A stretch of 50,215 bases of DNA. Origin: an uncultured Clostridia bacterium (GTDB lineage Bacteria > Aerophobota > Aerophobia > Aerophobales > B3-G15). Position numbers and translations under genes: made by a program. Where the stretch lies: the NCBI GenBank assembly GCA_964482715.1, contig CAYZYX010000009.1, forward strand, positions 1-50,215, read 5' to 3'. Under the pieces are notes generated by a model. The model searched no databases, was not told where the DNA came from, and was given only the letters and a program-made list of their open reading frames with translations. Positions 47,111 through 50,215 of this stretch are shown here, piece by piece. Numbering within the stretch: position 1 is the first letter of the stretch; each line of letters starts with the position of its first letter.

Positions 47111-47136
47111 TATAACGGGAATGATTTTTTTGTCAA
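47109..47136 (-). promoter_or_regulatory. dcw promoter (TTGACA-16 nt-TATAGT)
   Basis: -10 box overlaps the first MraZ repeat. Confidence 0.65.
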
Positions 47137-47302
47137 TATAAAAAATTTCAGATAAAAAACGGAAATTATCTTCCAGCACGTGATTTTTTTAAGTTTTCTT
47201 CGTTGATTATACTGTGAATTTCCCTTTTTGACTTTACAATAAATTGAATGATCTCCTATCTGGCAGTGTAAATGACTAAAAAGTGTAAACTAATCTTTTA
47301 AG

Positions 47303-47330
47303 TTGACATTCTCCTTTTAGAGAATAATAT
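47303..47330 (+). promoter_or_regulatory. candidate ktr promoter (TTGACA-16 nt-TAATAT) ending 7 nt before ATG 47338
   Basis: No SD before the ATG; geometry fits a leaderless mRNA. Confidence 0.5.
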
Positions 47331-47337
47331 TGATGCT

Positions 47338-49074
47338 ATGAATCCTCGAGCAAATAATATCTCTCTTTCCTTCCCGGAAAGAGCAGAAAGAATCTTAAAT
47401 CTAATAGCCATAGTAGCAGCTATAGGAGGTGCGATTCTATTTTTAATAGAGTATGGTTTTCATTTATCGGGAGTGAGAGCTCATCTTTTTCACCTATTAG
47501 TGTATATAATCTGCTGGTTTTTAGTTGCTCAGTTTTTTACGAAATTCGTTTTTGCCTCTGTCAAAAAAAAATCTTTGGCTGTAAATCAGAAGGATTTTTT
47601 TCTTATTTCAGGATTTCTTGTCACCCTGTTTCTCTTGAGAACAGATCTTCTCCCTTTTGATTTAGAAAAGATCTTTGTCTATAAGGTCTTCATCTTATTG
47701 TTTTTGGGAATGAGAGCCTCATACTTAAATAGAATTTTTTTATTATTTCCTCTTTCCCCTGCTTTGACTGTAGTTACAACCTTTGTCCTGATAATAGCTG
47801 TTGGAACAGGATTACTGCTCTTACCAGTTGCAACAGTATCTGGTAAAACGACAAAAATTTTGGATGCCGTCTTCACTGCCACTTCAGCTACTTGTGTTAC
47901 AGGACTTATTGTAGTGGACACAGGAAGTCATTTTTCTCGTTTTGGGCAGATAATCATCCTCTTGCTAATTCAGATAGGAGGATTAGGACTTATGACCTTT
48001 ACCTCTTTTTTTGCTTTATTGTCTGGCGAATTTGGAGTGAGAGATCGGATTATTCTTCGCGAGATAATGCGTTATGAAAATCTCAGCAGAATCGGTTATC
48101 TAATCCTTTATATTCTTGTCCTTACTTTTATTTTTGAAGCTTTAGGGGCGGTTTTACTTTACTTACAGTTTCTTCCGGAAGCATTCTCTTCATCTCAGGC
48201 ATTGTATTCAGCAATATTTCACTCAATCTCTGCATTTTGTAATGCGGGATTTTCTCTAAATGCGGACAGCTTTGTGAGTTACAGAGGCAACATTGGTATT
48301 AATTTTACAATGATTGCCCTGATTATCTCTGGTGGATTAGGATTTTTGGTTATTGTCAATCTTCTTAAAATGTGTTATTCTCGAATCAAACACAAAAGGA
48401 AAGAGCCCTTTTTGCTTCATACAAAGCTTGTCCTAATTACTACTTTGGTACTCCTGGGGGTAGGAACTTTTCTTTTTTATCTTGGAGAGATGAACGGTAG
48501 CTTGAAAAATTTACCTTTCGGAGAGAAGATTATGGCTTCCTTCTTTCAATCAGTCACTGCCAGGACGGCTGGATTCAATACTTTGAAGATAGGAAGTCTA
48601 ACCACTTTTGCGTCTTTTCTATTGATGATCTTGATGTTCATAGGAGCCTCTCCGGGGTCAACAGGGGGAGGAATTAAAACCAGCACCTTTGCCACTTTAA
48701 TTGTTACCATCAAGTCCATGATCCAGGGAAAAGATGAGGTAGAAGCCTTTAAAAGAACCATACCACGAACCTATATCTATCAAGCTATCTGTGTGGTAAC
48801 ACTTGCTTTAAGCTGGATCAGTATTTCAACTTTAATTTTATCATTTACCGAAAATTTTTCTTTTTTAGATGTTTTTTTTGAGGTTTTTTCAGCATTTGGT
48901 ACTGTTGGACTTTCTCGAGGGATAACTGCCCAACTTACCAATTGGGGAAAAATTATTATAATTATAACCATGCTTGCTGGCAGAATAGGTCCTCTCACTT
49001 TGGCCCTTGCTATAGCAGGCAAGAAGGCGGTTAAACTATATGAATACCCGGAAGAAGGGGTCGTTATTGGATAG
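47338..49074 (+). CDS. ktrB: Ktr/Trk K+ uptake membrane subunit with N-terminal TM extension
   Basis: SATCVTGL, SAFCNAGFS, RTAGF, GSTGGGIK, SAFGTVGLS. Confidence 0.88.
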   Translation: MNPRANNISLSFPERAERILNLIAIVAAIGGAILFLIEYGFHLSGVRAHLFHLLVYIICWFLVAQFFTKFVFASVKKKSLAVNQKDFFLISGFLVTLFLLRTDLLPFDLEKIFVYKVFILLFLGMRASYLNRIFLLFPLSPALTVVTTFVLIIAVGTGLLLLPVATVSGKTTKILDAVFTATSATCVTGLIVVDTGSHFSRFGQIIILLLIQIGGLGLMTFTSFFALLSGEFGVRDRIILREIMRYENLSRIGYLILYILVLTFIFEALGAVLLYLQFLPEAFSSSQALYSAIFHSISAFCNAGFSLNADSFVSYRGNIGINFTMIALIISGGLGFLVIVNLLKMCYSRIKHKRKEPFLLHTKLVLITTLVLLGVGTFLFYLGEMNGSLKNLPFGEKIMASFFQSVTARTAGFNTLKIGSLTTFASFLLMILMFIGASPGSTGGGIKTSTFATLIVTIKSMIQGKDEVEAFKRTIPRTYIYQAICVVTLALSWISISTLILSFTENFSFLDVFFEVFSAFGTVGLSRGITAQLTNWGKIIIIITMLAGRIGPLTLALAIAGKKAVKLYEYPEEGVVIG

Positions 49075-49085
49075 GGGATATTAAA

Positions 49086-49763
49086 ATGCGTAAATTTGCA
49101 GTAATTGGTCTTGGTCGATTTGGGGCTACTGTTGCCCAGACTCTTGCTGAAAGAGGAGCCGAAGTTATTGCTATAGATAAAGACCCCCAAATAGTGGAAA
49201 AGTTTAAAGAGATTGTCACCTTAGCAGTCAAACTTGACTCCACTGATGAAGAAGCTCTCCGTTCTCAGGGAGTGGACAAGGTTGATGTGGCTATTGTTAG
49301 CATAGGAGAATTTGAATCCTGCATCCTGACCACAGCGTTGCTTAAAAAAATTGGGGTTCCCAAGGTAATTACACGCGCTTCTCATACTGCATCTCAAATT
49401 CAGGAGAAAATTCTTGCTTTGGTAGGTGCAGACAGAGTTATCTTGCCCGAGGAAGAAATGGGAAAAAAGTTAGCTCAAAGTCTTATTTTATCAAACATTC
49501 TGGATTATTTCCCCATTACTGATAAATACAGTGCCGCCGAGATCCGAGCCCCCAAGAATTTCTGGAATAAAAAAATAGGTGATTTAAAAGTCAGACAAAA
49601 ATTTCGTGTCAATATACTTGAAATACGTAAGCTATCTCCGGATGGAAACAAAGTGGAAAAGATAAATTATCTCCCCCAGGCAACTGATGTCATTGAACGG
49701 GGGGACATTCTTCTTGTTATCGGTGAAGAAGAGGATATAGAAAGGCTTGCCAGGGAAGAGTAA
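49086..49763 (+). CDS. ktrA: Ktr/Trk RCK regulatory subunit
   Basis: GLGRFG NAD-binding RCK_N plus RCK_C domain. Confidence 0.88.
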   Translation: MRKFAVIGLGRFGATVAQTLAERGAEVIAIDKDPQIVEKFKEIVTLAVKLDSTDEEALRSQGVDKVDVAIVSIGEFESCILTTALLKKIGVPKVITRASHTASQIQEKILALVGADRVILPEEEMGKKLAQSLILSNILDYFPITDKYSAAEIRAPKNFWNKKIGDLKVRQKFRVNILEIRKLSPDGNKVEKINYLPQATDVIERGDILLVIGEEEDIERLAREE

Positions 49764-49776
49764 ATAACAGGAATTT

Positions 49777-49804
49777 TTGACTGCTGGTTAAAATATGCTA
49801 ATAT
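49777..49804 (+). promoter_or_regulatory. candidate promoter (TTGACT-16 nt-TAATAT, extended -10 TG)
   Basis: Upstream of the small membrane ORF and tRNA-Leu. Confidence 0.5.
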
Positions 49805-49848
49805 ACTAAAATATACTATCTGTATCCAAGCGAAAGGGGGTGAGTTAA

Positions 49849-50073
49849 ATGTGGGCACTCATCCTCCGTATCTTAGGTTATATTTTGGGTGTCATTGGGG
49901 GAGTTAGTCTTATATGGGCAGTTATACTGCGTCTTTCCGGAGGACCGGGAGGAACTACCTTTGCTGGCCTTACGGCGAGTTCTTTTTTGGAATTTTCCCA
50001 GGTCTGTCTCATTTTTTCCGTGGCTTTTGGTGTAGGTGCCATTGCTGAAATGTTGAGCAAAAAGAAGGCTTAA
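49849..50073 (+). CDS. small two-TM hypothetical membrane protein
   Basis: 74 aa, two hydrophobic helices joined by a Gly-rich loop; SD GGGGGTGA upstream. Confidence 0.7.
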   Translation: MWALILRILGYILGVIGGVSLIWAVILRLSGGPGGTTFAGLTASSFLEFSQVCLIFSVAFGVGAIAEMLSKKKA

Positions 50074-50083
50074 TTCTGTTAGT

Positions 50084-50167
50084 GCCGGGATGGCGGAATT
50101 GGCAGACGCGCATGGTTGAGGGCCATGTGGAGGTTACTCCGTGGGGGTTCGAGTCCCCCTCCCGGCA
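50084..50167 (+). tRNA. tRNA-Leu (GAG), CCA not encoded
   Basis: Acceptor GCCGGGA/TCCCGGC+A; CATGG-TT-GAG-GG-CCATG; long variable arm GGAG-GTTA-CTCC; GGTTCGAGTCC. Confidence 0.95.
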
Positions 50168-50215
50168 TTTTATTTTTATTTTTCTTATTAGATGGACATT
50201 GGGGCAAGTCTAAAA

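Noticed and set aside
47069..47179. N-terminal extension of mraZ
   Set aside because: Covers the promoter and MraZ boxes; the canonical MFxGEY start is at 47068
47180..47337. c-di-AMP (ydaO) riboswitch upstream of ktr
   Set aside because: AT-rich, no recognisable aptamer, and the candidate promoter leaves no leader
205..50060. Many 60-160 aa ORFs antisense to or nested in recognised genes
   Set aside because: Shadow frames of well-supported genes, with no motifs or initiation signals of their own
50168..50215. Integration site or element after tRNA-Leu
   Set aside because: Only a short T-rich stretch is visible; no integrase or duplicated tRNA 3' end seen in the window
1..50215. CRISPR arrays, IS elements, prophage, rRNA
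   Set aside because: No repeat-spacer periodicity, transposase, integrase, phage gene or rRNA-like sequence seen; intergenic gaps are nearly all under about 300 nt

Overview
An AT-rich, gene-dense bacterial chromosomal segment made mostly of housekeeping genes. LptF/LptG, Lgt/LspA and a mesoDAP-type MurE suggest a diderm; PPi-type PFK, V/A-ATPase subunits and a radical SAM gene suggest an anaerobe, probably a deep-branching or uncultured lineage (inference only). Contents, mostly on the minus strand: pfk, cobO, tldE-tldD-yebC, a MoxR AAA+/VWA/radical SAM unit, pilT-hypothetical-Mut7C-HAD, a long rplM-punA-ileS-lspA-lgt-rluD-fabG-acpP-fabF-rnc-glmM-nagB run, gltX with tRNA-Gln(CTG) and tRNA-Glu(CTC), an MFS/acyltransferase/glycosyltransferase unit running into orphan V-ATPase C and F genes, an AIRS-family/flavodoxin/hisA/hisI/lptFG operon, a dcw cluster (mraZ to ftsW) ending in cyaB, ktrBA and tRNA-Leu(GAG). 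I saw no CRISPR array, rRNA, IS or prophage. Highlights: (1) a divergent Cys4-containing MoxR + VWA pair apparently co-transcribed with a radical SAM enzyme; (2) MraY with Gly at the catalytic FMGD Asp; (3) a 42-aa bS22/COX24-like ORF upstream of gltX that the ORF track missed; (4) isolated V-ATPase C and F genes split by a probably leaderless antisense Cys4 mini-gene; (5) rplM without rpsI, preceded by a perfect 15-bp hairpin; (6) many sigma70-like promoters with 16-bp spacers. All calls come from motif recognition by eye; no searches were run.
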